A stretch of DNA of 64,000 nt from a virus (IMGVR_UViG_3300028591_003737:1-64000); one strand, 5' to 3'. Counted from the stretch's first letter, positions 38,492 to 49,499 are shown. Notes: generated from the letters alone by a model not told the origin. A program made the numbers and translations.

Positions 38492-40185
38492 TAATTAAAG
38501 ATATTAAGATAACTAATTTTAAATCACTATATGGTGAGAATTATTTTAATTTCCAGCAATTAGATGGACTTATTAAATTATCTGGTCCAATTGGTAGTGG
38601 AAAGACTAGTCTTGCTGAAGCAATTCTTTATGGTCTTTATGGTACTATTCAAGGACAGACAAATACAAGTCTTGTTGCTTGGAATATGAAGAGTTGTACA
38701 GTAGAGATAAATCTTGTTTCAAAAAATAAAGAAGTTCATATTATTCGTAATTCTATAGAGCCTCTTATCATTGAAATAAATGGTAAGACACTTTCAGCAT
38801 CAAGTAAGAGAAATACTCAAGAAATTCTTGAAGAAGAGATTTTTGATGTACCTAAACTTGCTGTAACAAAGATGTGTATTATTTCATTTAATGAATTTAG
38901 TAATAGTCTTGCTAAGATGAATCCTCAACAGACTAAGCAATTTCTTGATGATATTTTCGGATTTAAACTTTTTACTGAATATAATGATGAAGTTGTAATT
39001 GAAAGAAAGAATCAGATTAATGAATCGACAAAACTTAATGCTATTTATACTGAAACCGAAAATCAGATTAAGAGATTAAAAGAGAAGAAAGAACAACAAC
39101 AGAATGAGATTAAACTTTCAGTTGATACACATGCTCTTGACAATGAAAGAAAGCAATATGTTGAACAAGGTAAGAAATTAAAAGAAGACAGATCTAATTT
39201 AGAAGCAGAACAACAGTCAAAAGTTAATGAAGTAAATAAAAAGATTGATGAGATAAGTCAAAAGATTACTGAATATTCTACATTAGGTCGTCAAGAAAAA
39301 TCATATTATAATACATTTAAATCTGGTATATGTCCAACTTGTGGTAGTAAGATTGATGAGTCACATATTGAAGAACATAAGAATAAGATGTTAGAATATG
39401 CTGCTAAAGTAAATGAATGTAATGCTACTAAAGAAGAATATAAGAAAGAATTAAGTGTTATTGCTCAAGAATATAAACCTAAATTTGATGAGATAGCAAC
39501 AAATATTAAAGAATTAGTTAATAAGATAAATAATATTGACTCAGAATTAAAGATATTTGAGAATAATCTTAAAGTTATTAATGCTAATTATGATGATTTA
39601 ATTACTGAGCAAGAACAGAAATTAAAAGATATTAAAGAGAATATTGATAAGAATGATCTTGAGATTGGTGAATGGAATGAGATGAATGAATTATTTACAA
39701 AAACACTTAGATATAATCTTCTTGATACACTTATTCCTCATATTAATAAATCAATTCAATATTATATCAATAAACTTGACCAACCATATAAGATTGAATA
39801 TGACCAAGAGTTTAAACCTCATATTTTTGTAGATACATTTGGTAAAGAAATATCTTATGGTAACTTAAGTACAGGACAAAAGAAGACTCTTGATATTGCA
39901 ATTATATTTGGTATTCTTCAGAATATTATTGCTAATGTTAACTTTAATATTATATTCCTTGATGAGTTATTCTCAAATATGGATAGTGATTCTAGAAATA
40001 CTATGTTAGGTCTTATTAAAGAAAACTTTAAAGATGATAAATCAGTATTTATTATGAATCATGCTGAAATGAGCGATGATTATTTCAAACATAAGATTAG
40101 AGTATCATTACAACAAAGAAAAATTACAGTGAAGAAACTTGGTGATATTGTAGTTAAGAAATCAATTTATGATCAGATATTATAA
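38488..40185 (+). CDS. Rad50/SbcC-like ATPase (T4 gp46-like)
   Basis: GPIGSGKTS, CPTC zinc hook, LSTGQ, FLDE, H-loop. Confidence 0.92.
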   Translation: MIIKDIKITNFKSLYGENYFNFQQLDGLIKLSGPIGSGKTSLAEAILYGLYGTIQGQTNTSLVAWNMKSCTVEINLVSKNKEVHIIRNSIEPLIIEINGKTLSASSKRNTQEILEEEIFDVPKLAVTKMCIISFNEFSNSLAKMNPQQTKQFLDDIFGFKLFTEYNDEVVIERKNQINESTKLNAIYTETENQIKRLKEKKEQQQNEIKLSVDTHALDNERKQYVEQGKKLKEDRSNLEAEQQSKVNEVNKKIDEISQKITEYSTLGRQEKSYYNTFKSGICPTCGSKIDESHIEEHKNKMLEYAAKVNECNATKEEYKKELSVIAQEYKPKFDEIATNIKELVNKINNIDSELKIFENNLKVINANYDDLITEQEQKLKDIKENIDKNDLEIGEWNEMNELFTKTLRYNLLDTLIPHINKSIQYYINKLDQPYKIEYDQEFKPHIFVDTFGKEISYGNLSTGQKKTLDIAIIFGILQNIIANVNFNIIFLDELFSNMDSDSRNTMLGLIKENFKDDKSVFIMNHAEMSDDYFKHKIRVSLQQRKITVKKLGDIVVKKSIYDQIL

Positions 40186-40219
40186 AAAAAGAGAGGTATT
40201 AAACCTCTCTTTCTTTTTT
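40184..40219. terminator. Bidirectional terminator
   Basis: AAAAAAAGAGAGGT..ACCTCTCTTTCTTTTT. Confidence 0.75.
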
Positions 40220-40233
40220 ATATATTATATTGA

Positions 40234-41229
40234 TTACTTGTTAATTCCAAGCATAATACTCTGTCCATTTCCAAGCATATAGGTAGGAAGCTCACCATTC
40301 CACTTGTTAATCCACTCAAGTTCAACAATTCGAGGGTTAGTAGAAATTGACTGTCCCTTAATCTTAAGTGCCTGTGCTTCAGCTTCAGCCTGAGTAATAT
40401 CAATATCCTTCTGAATCTGTGCCTGCTTCAAAAGCTCATTCTTCTGCTTAGTTACCTCAATAAGAGTAAGTGCCTTCTGTTCCTCAAGTTTCTTCTGGTT
40501 AATAGACTGCTCATATTCCTGATTGTAATAAACCTCACGAATATCAATCTGCTCAAGAATAAGATGATATGCCTCAATATCCTTCTTCATCTTATCATAA
40601 GTAAGCTGCTGAATTTCCTCACGCTTATTAGAATAAACTTCAATAGGAGTATACTTAGAAGCAGTAAGAGCAAGTGCAGACTTCAACTTAGCTTTAATAA
40701 CATTCTCTTCAAGCCAAAGGAATCGCCCATTATTAGAGTCATCAAGTTCAGATACATTGTCATAAATCCACCATGCATATTCCTCATCAATCTTCCAGGA
40801 TGCAGAGATAGCAAATCCCATCTTAATACCATCAACAGTAGGTGCCCAGATTGTAGTGCCCTGTACAGAACTCTTCTTAGCATCAGTCATACGAGTATCA
40901 TCTGTAGAAGCATCAGTACGAGAACCAAGATTAGCACAAGTATAAACCTGAACAGTCTTATCCATCTTTACAACCTTATACCAAGGCATTACCATATGCC
41001 AACCAGTCCTATAAGATTCATGTTTAACACCTCCAGGAGTAACTACAACACCACATTCCTGTGCAGGAATAACTGCGACAAAACTAAGACTGATAGCAAC
41101 TACAATACCAGCAATAAGAATCATAATATGGTTAGGAAGAACCTTCTCGTCCTGAACCTTGTTAGTAATAGCAGCAATAACCCAATAAAGGATTGCAAGA
41201 ATTGCAAGAATAGTAATAAATGTAAGCAT
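40234..41229 (-). CDS. SPFH/prohibitin (band 7) membrane protein
   Basis: Two N-terminal TM segments; GWHMVMPW; AEAEAQA..WNGELP. Confidence 0.88.
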   Translation of the reverse strand: MLTFITILAILAILYWVIAAITNKVQDEKVLPNHIMILIAGIVVAISLSFVAVIPAQECGVVVTPGGVKHESYRTGWHMVMPWYKVVKMDKTVQVYTCANLGSRTDASTDDTRMTDAKKSSVQGTTIWAPTVDGIKMGFAISASWKIDEEYAWWIYDNVSELDDSNNGRFLWLEENVIKAKLKSALALTASKYTPIEVYSNKREEIQQLTYDKMKKDIEAYHLILEQIDIREVYYNQEYEQSINQKKLEEQKALTLIEVTKQKNELLKQAQIQKDIDITQAEAEAQALKIKGQSISTNPRIVELEWINKWNGELPTYMLGNGQSIMLGINK

Positions 41230-41261
41230 AATGTTTTAATGTTTAAAGTTAATATTAATAT

Positions 41262-41525
41262 TTATCGAGATTCAATAAAATATACGGTGCTTTCCATTAC
41301 ACCCCAACTAGAACTTTCCTGGAATGTCTTTGTTACTGGAACATAATCAGGAGTCATAGGACGTGTAAGATAGAACAAGTCATCATCTTTCCACGTAACC
41401 TCCATAAGTTCCTGTCCAGCAGGAAGATTGATAGTCATTTCACCACCAAACTGACGAGTACGAATCTGCTCAGTACATCCACAGAGACAGATAATTGCAG
41501 CAATGATTAAAATAAATTTCTTCAT
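41262..41525 (-). CDS. Putative lipoprotein
   Basis: Signal peptide and lipobox LCGC. Confidence 0.65.
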   Translation of the reverse strand: MKKFILIIAAIICLCGCTEQIRTRQFGGEMTINLPAGQELMEVTWKDDDLFYLTRPMTPDYVPVTKTFQESSSWGVMESTVYFIESR

Positions 41526-41563
41526 AATATTTTTAATAATTTAAAGGATTAATATATTAAACT

Positions 41564-41818
41564 TTAATATTCTAATAGACCTTTAGAATAAATCCAACAC
41601 TGACCAGTTGCATATTCACAACCATTTGGAGTACGATGAGAAACAGTAAGACTTGCCGGAACATCAACCTCCACATAGTCTCCTTCATCTTTGAACTGAA
41701 AAATTTCTTCCTTATCAACAATAGAATGAAGCATAACTTCATCTGAATCATTGAATCCATTAAGCATTCTTTTTAGATCACCTACTGTCAAGGTTTTTGC
41801 AGGAAATACTTTATCCAT
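41564..41818 (-). CDS. Hypothetical protein
   Basis: 84-aa ORF. Confidence 0.6.
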   Translation of the reverse strand: MDKVFPAKTLTVGDLKRMLNGFNDSDEVMLHSIVDKEEIFQFKDEGDYVEVDVPASLTVSHRTPNGCEYATGQCWIYSKGLLEY

Positions 41819-41832
41819 AATGTTTATTTTAA

Positions 41833-42045
41833 TTACATATCTTCAGGTGCATATTCATATTCATCACCAGCAGTATATTCATGATTCTTATCAACTATTC
41901 CAAATAACATTAAAACAGTTTCAGAACCTTCATAAAAAGCTTTCTCTATATCAGAAACAGTAAAAGTTGACTTTTCACAAAATAACTTAGCACTAAACTC
42001 ATTCCATGCATTGTGAATATTATTTGCAATATCTATATTCGTCAT
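41833..42045 (-). CDS. Hypothetical early protein
   Basis: Early module upstream (42043-42099). Confidence 0.6.
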   Translation of the reverse strand: MTNIDIANNIHNAWNEFSAKLFCEKSTFTVSDIEKAFYEGSETVLMLFGIVDKNHEYTAGDEYEYAPEDM

Positions 42046-42250
42046 AATGTTTGTTTTTTAATTACATTATAAATATAGTAAATAGTTAAAAAAATTCAAT
42101 GAAATACAGTAGAAATTCAAATGTTTTTTCTATTTTTATATAAAGATATTATTTTATAGATTTGTAGAGAAGTATTTATGCTTCCCTTGAGATTTATAAC
42201 AGAATCGAATACATTTCTATGAAGTTTATAAATATATCCAATAAACTTTT

Positions 42251-43225
42251 ATGAATACTTTAAAAACTAAGTCAAATGATGACAAAAACTTTTCTAAATT
42301 AGCAGTTAACAAATCATTGTTAAAAGAGTACAAAACTTCTGATTGTACAAGAACCGTATATCTTAATGACGGTGATGAATTTCAAATTCAGTTATTTAAT
42401 CCTGAAACTACAGAAATTGGAGCAGAGATTTTTATTGATGGTGAACCACTATCTAATATCATTATCTTAAATCCAGGTGAAAGAATGTGGTTAGAGAGAT
42501 ATACTGATAAAGCAAAGAAATTCAAATTTAAGGTTTATACAGTAGATGGTGAATCTAAGGCAGTAGAAAAAGCAATTGCTCATAATGGAGAAATTGAAAT
42601 TAAGTTCTATAGAAAGCAGAAACCTACTATAATCAATCGTTATCATTATCCTGATTATATATATAGAGATATTACTGTAGAACCTTGGAAACCAAACATT
42701 TGGTATAACTATAACATTACATGTAGTGATGCAAATTCAGTTAATACAGTTGATTCAGGAATAACTAATTTTTCAGCAAATCTTGATTTAAATTCTGTAA
42801 ACTATTGTTCATGTGAACTTGGTGCTGCTACTGGTGTGTATGATGCAAGTGATGTAACAGCAAGTGCTTCAGCATCAAGCGCTACAGCCCTTGAATTTAC
42901 TCCAGAAAAAGCATCATTTAGTTGTGGTGAAACACATTATGAAGATGGTAGTTCATCTAGTTGGGCAGCTTATGATGGTGATGCTGATCCTAATTTAATT
43001 GAAACTGGTCGTGTTGCTGAAGGAAGTCATTCAAATCAGAAATTCCAGAATGTTGATATTGATCTTGAAATATTTGCATTTAGAACTGAAAAGTTTAAGA
43101 TTCTTCCTTATTCAAGAAAACCTTATACAGCAAATGATGCAAAGAAGATTTATTGTTCAAGTTGTGGACATAAATTAAATACAAAGTTTAAATATTGTCC
43201 ATATTGTGGTGCAGAAATCGATTAA
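42251..43225 (+). CDS. Hypothetical protein with C-terminal zinc ribbon
   Basis: CSSCG..CPYCG. Confidence 0.65.
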   Translation: MNTLKTKSNDDKNFSKLAVNKSLLKEYKTSDCTRTVYLNDGDEFQIQLFNPETTEIGAEIFIDGEPLSNIIILNPGERMWLERYTDKAKKFKFKVYTVDGESKAVEKAIAHNGEIEIKFYRKQKPTIINRYHYPDYIYRDITVEPWKPNIWYNYNITCSDANSVNTVDSGITNFSANLDLNSVNYCSCELGAATGVYDASDVTASASASSATALEFTPEKASFSCGETHYEDGSSSSWAAYDGDADPNLIETGRVAEGSHSNQKFQNVDIDLEIFAFRTEKFKILPYSRKPYTANDAKKIYCSSCGHKLNTKFKYCPYCGAEID

Positions 43226-43282
43226 AATTTAAATATAAAAGTTATTTTTACATAACTAACAAATAAATAATTATATATAGAA

Positions 43283-44374
43283 ATGAGAGAAGTTGATATT
43301 AATGATGTAGAAAAAAATCTTTCAGGTCAAATTCCAGAATTTGAAGGAGAAACAGTAGTTGAAGAAACTACTACTCCATCAAAACCTGAAAATGAAGCTA
43401 CTCAATTTCTTGGAACTAAATTAACTCATAAGATTGGTGGATATGGCGAAAGCGATAAAGAAGCCGATAAAGAAATGGTAGAAGAAAAGAAACTTACCAG
43501 AGTTGGCGAAAAAATTACTCAAAGTACTGAAATCAGAGATGGTTGGATGGATGTTGATAAGCGCTTACTTGGTGATAGAGCTATTTTCTATCCAGAAGAT
43601 TGGCAATTTAAGATTCGTCCTGCTACAGTAGAAGCTGTTAGAAACTGGTCAACTATTGATGATGAAAATCCTAATTCAGTTGATGATGTTTTTAATGAGA
43701 TTCTTAAATCTTGTTTAGCTATTGTAACACCTAATGGTCCACTTCCTTGGGGTAATATTCGTTCATGGGATAGATTCTTCTTCATTCTTCTTATAAGAGA
43801 ATATACATTTATTGATGGTGAAAAGAAAGTTGAATTTACTGAAGATTGTCCAAACTGTGATAATCCTGTAACATTTACTCTTAATTCTCAGAGTCTTATG
43901 TATGATATGCCTGATCCTGATGTAATGAAGTATTTCTCATCAGAAGAACAGAATTGGTTAATTGATCCTGAAGAATATGATGTAGAATGGCCAGAAAAGA
44001 TTGTTCTTTATCTTCCTACTCTTGAAAAGGATGCTAATATTAAAGCATGGCTTATTGATAGAGTACAGAATAAGAAAAAGGTTGATAATGTATTTGTTAA
44101 ATTCCTTCCTTGGCTTGCACCAAAGATTTCTAAGGATTTACAAATTGCTCAGCGTCAGATTAGAGAATATGAAGTTAAGTTTAAGAGTTGGGACACAGAA
44201 ATGTTCTCATTTATGGATGAAGTAATAAATAATATTACTGTTATGCCATCAACAAATTTAGTTCAAACATGTCCAACTTGTGGTGAGGAGGTAACCGCAG
44301 CTATTTCCTTTCAAGATGGAATCCGTTCTCTATTCAATATGGCAGGTGGACGTAAGAAATTTGGTAAAAAGTAA
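43283..44374 (+). CDS. Baseplate hub assembly protein (T4 gp26-like)
   Basis: IRPATV..; DRFFFILLIR; CPNC..CPTC; terminal F..GIRSLF. Confidence 0.65.
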   Translation: MREVDINDVEKNLSGQIPEFEGETVVEETTTPSKPENEATQFLGTKLTHKIGGYGESDKEADKEMVEEKKLTRVGEKITQSTEIRDGWMDVDKRLLGDRAIFYPEDWQFKIRPATVEAVRNWSTIDDENPNSVDDVFNEILKSCLAIVTPNGPLPWGNIRSWDRFFFILLIREYTFIDGEKKVEFTEDCPNCDNPVTFTLNSQSLMYDMPDPDVMKYFSSEEQNWLIDPEEYDVEWPEKIVLYLPTLEKDANIKAWLIDRVQNKKKVDNVFVKFLPWLAPKISKDLQIAQRQIREYEVKFKSWDTEMFSFMDEVINNITVMPSTNLVQTCPTCGEEVTAAISFQDGIRSLFNMAGGRKKFGKK

Positions 44375-44609
44375 ACTTTATATTTGTAGAGACTGGCATA
44401 TACAACCATCTGAAATTGATAGAATGATGTATTTTGAATATGAATATATTATTCAAGATATCAATAAAGAAAATAAGGAACAAGAAAAGAGAAATAAAGA
44501 GGATGAAAAGAGATATGGTAATATCGGAAAACTTCCAAATTATAACTCAATGAAAACTCCTTCAGTTAATATGCCTAAAATGCCAACATTTAATATGCCT
44601 AAAATTTAA
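44316..44609 (+). CDS. Baseplate hub assembly catalyst (T4 gp51-like); start uncertain
   Basis: WHIQPSEIDRMMYFEYE; overlaps gp26-like gene. Confidence 0.55.
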   Translation: MESVLYSIWQVDVRNLVKSKLYICRDWHIQPSEIDRMMYFEYEYIIQDINKENKEQEKRNKEDEKRYGNIGKLPNYNSMKTPSVNMPKMPTFNMPKI

Positions 44610-44637
44610 GAGATTTGCAATGCAAATCTCTTTTTTT
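44608..44637 (+). terminator. Intrinsic terminator
   Basis: AAGAGATTTGCA-A-TGCAAATCTCTTTTTTT. Confidence 0.75.
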
Positions 44638-44691
44638 ATTTATATAAATTTTATTTTTATACATAAAGAAGTATAATTTTATTAATAAAAT

Positions 44692-47600
44692 ATGGCTAAT
44701 TCTAATGTTGATATTTCAAATAAACTTTTTACATATGTAAAACATGGAGTTGATATATCACAAACTATAAAAGATATATATTATAATTCATTAATATTTA
44801 TAGGTGATGAACAACAAATATATGTTCCAGCTATTGATACTTATGTAGGTGTAGGTAAATCTAAATATAATGAATTATCAAAAAATATTCTTTGGATTCC
44901 TTCATTAGGTGCATATAGTATTACTACTAAAGAAGGCGGTAATTCTGCTTCTGGTAAATATTCATTATCTATTGGAGAAAATACAGTTGCTTCTGGTAAA
45001 AGTTCATTATCTGGTGGTACTGAAACAAGAGCTTCTGGAGAAAATGCTGTTAGTTTTGGTAATTATACATTAGCTTCAGGAGATAATTCATTTGCCAGTG
45101 GTGATCATACAAAAGCAACAGGAGATTATTCATTTGCTGAAGGTGTTCTTACTGAGGCAAATGGAGATAACTCTCATGCTGAAGGACTTTTAACTTATAG
45201 TAATGGTATAAATTCTCATGCTGAAGGTAATAATACATATTCATTAGGAGAATCTTCACATTCAGAAGGAAATTCTTCAGTAGCTTATGGAGAATCAACA
45301 CATTCTGAAGGTAAAAATACATATTCTATTGGAAATTATTCACATGCTGAAGGTTTATATACTTATACATATAATAATGCTGAGCATGCTGAAGGTAAAT
45401 ATAATAAATCAAATAATAATACAATATCATCTATTGGTATTGGTACAAGTCAAAGCAATCGTAAAAATGCTTTTGAAGTAGTTGATAATGGTAATGCATA
45501 TCTTATTAATGTTGGTGGATTTAATGGTGCTAATAGAGATTCAGCTACAACACTTCAAGATATAGTTAATAGAGCTATATCAAGTACAAATACTGGAACT
45601 GTTAATAATTCTGGAACTCATGTTATTAATAATGTTCATATAAATAGTTATGGTGATTTATCTTATACTTATCATGACTTAAGTGGTTTTGAATCAAGTG
45701 ATTTTTTAACAGGATATACTCAAACTGGTGATGGTAAAGTATCTGTTTCTACTCAAGTATTTACTAATCAAGGTCATCAAAAAACTACTAATCAAACATA
45801 TGTTATAACATATACATATATTGATCATTCTGGTAAATTACATTATGATTATAGAGATATAAGTGGTTCTGATAGTGGAAATTTTGTAACAGGATATACA
45901 CAGACAGCTGATGGTAAAATAAGTATATCAAAAGGAACATTTGCTACAGAAGGTCATGTAAAAACAACAGAACAAAATTATGTAGTTACTTATACTTATA
46001 TTGATGCTAATGGTAAGATACATTATGATTATAGAGATATTAGTGGTTCTGATTCTGATAATTTCTTAACAGGATTTAGTCAAACTAAAGATGGTAAAGT
46101 AAGTGTATCTAAAGGTAAATTTACAAATTCATTTACTAATGAAGGTAAACATAATTTAGTTACATATTCAAGTAGTAATCCACATAAGTTTGTTTCATAT
46201 ACATATATAGATACTACAGGTAAAGTTCATCAGACATATGATACTATTTATGTAGATCCTGAAAATGATTTTAAATATCATGATTTAAGCATAACTCAAG
46301 TAACATATCAAGGTGATGCTAATTTTGTATATGCTCTTACTGGAGTTTCAACAACTAATGGAAATGCTACATCACATACAATTGCTTATCAAATTTCAGG
46401 ACTTCCAACAAAGAAATATGTTGATGATCAATTTAGAGCAAATGATGCTTTAAGATATTGTGGTACAGTTACTCCTTCACAAGCGCAAAATGGAACAGTT
46501 ACATTTACTCATAATACTGTCCATCCAGGTCATGAAACACCTGATTATAGTGCTGGTGCAGTTTATAAAGTAAATGGAACTGGTTATTTTTACGGAGAAA
46601 GAGTATCTGCTGGTGATATGGTAATATCATATTCTGATTCTGCTGCAGCAACATCAAGTGATGGATGGAATGTAATTAATCAGAATATTGATTTAAGACA
46701 ATTAACTCCTACACAAGTATATAATGGTGGTTCAAAATCATCTAATGTAATTACTAATGTTAATTTAACATCTGATGGTACATTATCTTATACATATTAT
46801 CCATTAGATATTACTAATAAGACTCATACATTCTCTTCAGCAACTGAAGTAACAAATACTAATTCTCAAGATTTATTAAGAAATGTTAAGAATAAAGGTT
46901 TAAGAGTTATAACTGGAGTTAGTTTAACTCAAAATGGTCTTACAACAGAATTAGATACTTCTTATACATATCTTTATTCATATCAAGGACATCATAGTGG
47001 TTCATTAAGTAAACCAGAAGGATTTATATATAGTGTTTCATTAAGTTCTGATGGTGAATTAAGTGCATCAGGTAGAGATTTTGGAACTCAACCAAATGAA
47101 AAGAATGGTAATTATGTTATAACTAATGCATATATTACAACTACTGGTGTATTATATTATGATTATAGAAATCTTGAAACAACATCTGCTAGTGGAGTTG
47201 CTGGAAGTACTACAACTATAACAAATAGTACTAAAGTAAATGTTCTTACAGGACTTACTCAAACTAAAGATGGTAAAGTATCATATGCTTATACTTTATT
47301 AAATACATCTCATAGTACAAATAGTGGTTCTGCTACAAATAATGGTACACTTACAACAAGTTATACAAATGTAATAACAGGTGTTTCTATTTCAAGTGAT
47401 GGTGTATTATCTTATTCATATACTCCTCTTAATGTAACTGAATCTGGTCACTCAACATCTTCTGTTGGTCTTGACTCAGTAAATCATTCAGGAGCAACAA
47501 CAGGTGTTGTAACAAGTGTATATGTTGGTACAAATAATGTACTTTCATATGTTACTAGAGATATTTCTGGAAGTGGAAGTGGTAATTTTGCTATATCATA

Positions 47601-48585
47601 TACTCAAGATACTGAAGGACATGTATCAATGGGTTTTGGTTCATTTAGTACAAGTAAAGCTGCTTCAGCAACAACACATACAGCATATGTTGTAGGAGTT
47701 TCTATTGGAAGTGATGGTACATTATCATATAATTATGCTAATGTAAATCATACCAATACTGGTACATCTGCAGAAAATACTGTACAAACTAAGAGAGTAA
47801 TAACTAATGTAGCTCTTAGTACTGCTGGAGCATTAACTTATTCATATTATGATTTATCTGTTGATACTGCAAGTTCACAGAATAAAAATGGTTTAAGTGC
47901 TAAAACAATTAATACTAATAATGATCAAGTAGATATTTTAAGAACTAATTCAGCAAATACTGGTGTAAAAGTATTAACTGGAGTTGTATTAACTCAAACT
48001 GGTACTCAAACTAAATTATCATATGAATATACAGATATTTATGCTAATTTATCTCATCATTCAGGAAGTATTAATCAAAGTAGTGGTTTTGTATACAGTA
48101 TAACAATGGGTACTGATGGTACTCTTAGTGCATCTGGTAGAAACTTTGCTAATACAGGAACAAAATCAGATAATACTGTTGTAAATAGTTTTGCAATTGA
48201 TTTTATAAAGAATGTTAATCTTTCTTCAACTGGAGAATTATCTTATACTTATGGTACAGTAACATTTGGTATTAGTAATGAAGTTAAAACAGTTAAGAAT
48301 ACAAGTAATGCAATATATTTAGCTGGTATAACATCAACACCTAATGATAATACTATTAGTTATCAATATTATACTCCTAATACTTATACAACAAATGGAG
48401 CATTCTATACAAGTAGTGGTATAATTGGTGGTGCACTTACAGTACATGGTAATTTAACACTTAATGGTAATACTACTATTGGAGATGCTAATACAGATTC
48501 AGTAACATTAAAATCTGGTTTAATAACAATTACAAATAATACTGAATTTAGTGGACTTTCAAAACTTTGGGGAACTATAAGTTAA
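44692..48585 (+). CDS. Tail fibre / adhesin-like protein
   Basis: YadA/Hep_Hag-like SHAEG repeats, RKNAFEV, then S/T-rich beta repeats (DGxLSYxY, TGxTQTxDGKV). Confidence 0.75.
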   Translation: MANSNVDISNKLFTYVKHGVDISQTIKDIYYNSLIFIGDEQQIYVPAIDTYVGVGKSKYNELSKNILWIPSLGAYSITTKEGGNSASGKYSLSIGENTVASGKSSLSGGTETRASGENAVSFGNYTLASGDNSFASGDHTKATGDYSFAEGVLTEANGDNSHAEGLLTYSNGINSHAEGNNTYSLGESSHSEGNSSVAYGESTHSEGKNTYSIGNYSHAEGLYTYTYNNAEHAEGKYNKSNNNTISSIGIGTSQSNRKNAFEVVDNGNAYLINVGGFNGANRDSATTLQDIVNRAISSTNTGTVNNSGTHVINNVHINSYGDLSYTYHDLSGFESSDFLTGYTQTGDGKVSVSTQVFTNQGHQKTTNQTYVITYTYIDHSGKLHYDYRDISGSDSGNFVTGYTQTADGKISISKGTFATEGHVKTTEQNYVVTYTYIDANGKIHYDYRDISGSDSDNFLTGFSQTKDGKVSVSKGKFTNSFTNEGKHNLVTYSSSNPHKFVSYTYIDTTGKVHQTYDTIYVDPENDFKYHDLSITQVTYQGDANFVYALTGVSTTNGNATSHTIAYQISGLPTKKYVDDQFRANDALRYCGTVTPSQAQNGTVTFTHNTVHPGHETPDYSAGAVYKVNGTGYFYGERVSAGDMVISYSDSAAATSSDGWNVINQNIDLRQLTPTQVYNGGSKSSNVITNVNLTSDGTLSYTYYPLDITNKTHTFSSATEVTNTNSQDLLRNVKNKGLRVITGVSLTQNGLTTELDTSYTYLYSYQGHHSGSLSKPEGFIYSVSLSSDGELSASGRDFGTQPNEKNGNYVITNAYITTTGVLYYDYRNLETTSASGVAGSTTTITNSTKVNVLTGLTQTKDGKVSYAYTLLNTSHSTNSGSATNNGTLTTSYTNVITGVSISSDGVLSYSYTPLNVTESGHSTSSVGLDSVNHSGATTGVVTSVYVGTNNVLSYVTRDISGSGSGNFAISYTQDTEGHVSMGFGSFSTSKAASATTHTAYVVGVSIGSDGTLSYNYANVNHTNTGTSAENTVQTKRVITNVALSTAGALTYSYYDLSVDTASSQNKNGLSAKTINTNNDQVDILRTNSANTGVKVLTGVVLTQTGTQTKLSYEYTDIYANLSHHSGSINQSSGFVYSITMGTDGTLSASGRNFANTGTKSDNTVVNSFAIDFIKNVNLSSTGELSYTYGTVTFGISNEVKTVKNTSNAIYLAGITSTPNDNTISYQYYTPNTYTTNGAFYTSSGIIGGALTVHGNLTLNGNTTIGDANTDSVTLKSGLITITNNTEFSGLSKLWGTIS

Positions 48586-48620
48586 AAAAAAGAGGAAGAA
48601 ATAAATTCTTCCTCTTTTTT
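48585..48620. terminator. Bidirectional terminator
   Basis: AAAAAAAGAGGAAGAA..TTCTTCCTCTTTTTT. Confidence 0.8.
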
Positions 48621-48945
48621 ATGATATTGAAATTGAATTTTCTGATTCCATTTCAGATAGTATTTTATCATATGTTTCTTTAGATACATCAAGAATATAA
48701 TTTCCTACTTCAACAATATATAATTTCATATTATTTAATTCTTCTTCTCTCTTTTTATATTTTTCAGTACCATATTCTTCATCATTCTTTAGAAACCAAT
48801 ATCCTGTAGTTTCACATATAGCATGTACAAGAGAAGAATTAAATCTGGTTTTACTTAGAGTATAACTATATGTTTTTTCATATCTATCACTACTCCAACC
48901 ACCAGATTCTTTTTTATATGAATTATTTGCTTTAAACCAAAACAT
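48619..48945 (-). CDS. Hypothetical protein (possible paralog of 54114 and 55129)
   Basis: FNSSLVHAI..VSKETYDKI. Confidence 0.55.
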   Translation of the reverse strand: MFWFKANNSYKKESGGWSSDRYEKTYSYTLSKTRFNSSLVHAICETTGYWFLKNDEEYGTEKYKKREEELNNMKLYIVEVGNYILDVSKETYDKILSEMESENSISIS

Positions 48946-48947
48946 AA

Positions 48948-49499
48948 TTATTCTTCATCTAAATTATCATATGTAGGAATATAAGATACTATATTTGTTT
49001 TAAATGGATTATATTTAGGAAAATAAATTTCTTTATCATTATCAAATGTAATTTCTCTTAAAGAATTAACTAAACAACTTAACCCATTATCTATAAACCA
49101 TTGTTTAGGACCAGTTATAAAAAATATATATTCACCATCTTCTCTTTTATAAAAATTCCAATTAAATGCTGGTTTATATTTATCATATTCACCAGAATTA
49201 ACAAAAGATTTTAATGTCTCTTTAAGAACTTTTACTTTATGAGAATCTTCACTTGAAGTATAATTATCTTCTGGTTTTAATTCAATAAATACAATATCAT
49301 CGTAGTCTACATCGATATATGTAAACTTAAATCCAAATAACCACCAATTCTTTTCTATATATGAATTGATACCTTTAACTGAATCTGTATTATTTACTCT
49401 AAATATATTATACCAAGTAAATTTATCAAATTCTACACAGAAACATTTGTTTCCATCTTTACTCCATTTAACTAACATAGGACATATATTTACTTTCAT
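48948..49499 (-). CDS. Hypothetical protein
   Basis: 183-aa ORF. Confidence 0.55.
   Translation of the reverse strand: MKVNICPMLVKWSKDGNKCFCVEFDKFTWYNIFRVNNTDSVKGINSYIEKNWWLFGFKFTYIDVDYDDIVFIELKPEDNYTSSEDSHKVKVLKETLKSFVNSGEYDKYKPAFNWNFYKREDGEYIFFITGPKQWFIDNGLSCLVNSLREITFDNDKEIYFPKYNPFKTNIVSYIPTYDNLDEE

Noticed and set aside
40564-41346. 260-aa antisense ORF
   Set aside because: Shadow of the SPFH gene caused by codon bias; other antisense ORFs (e.g. 25925, 62266) were rejected likewise.
44316-44374. Programmed -1 frameshift between the hub genes
   Set aside because: The downstream ORF is in the +1 frame and has its own ATG/GTG; the overlap is ordinary for gp26/gp51-like genes.
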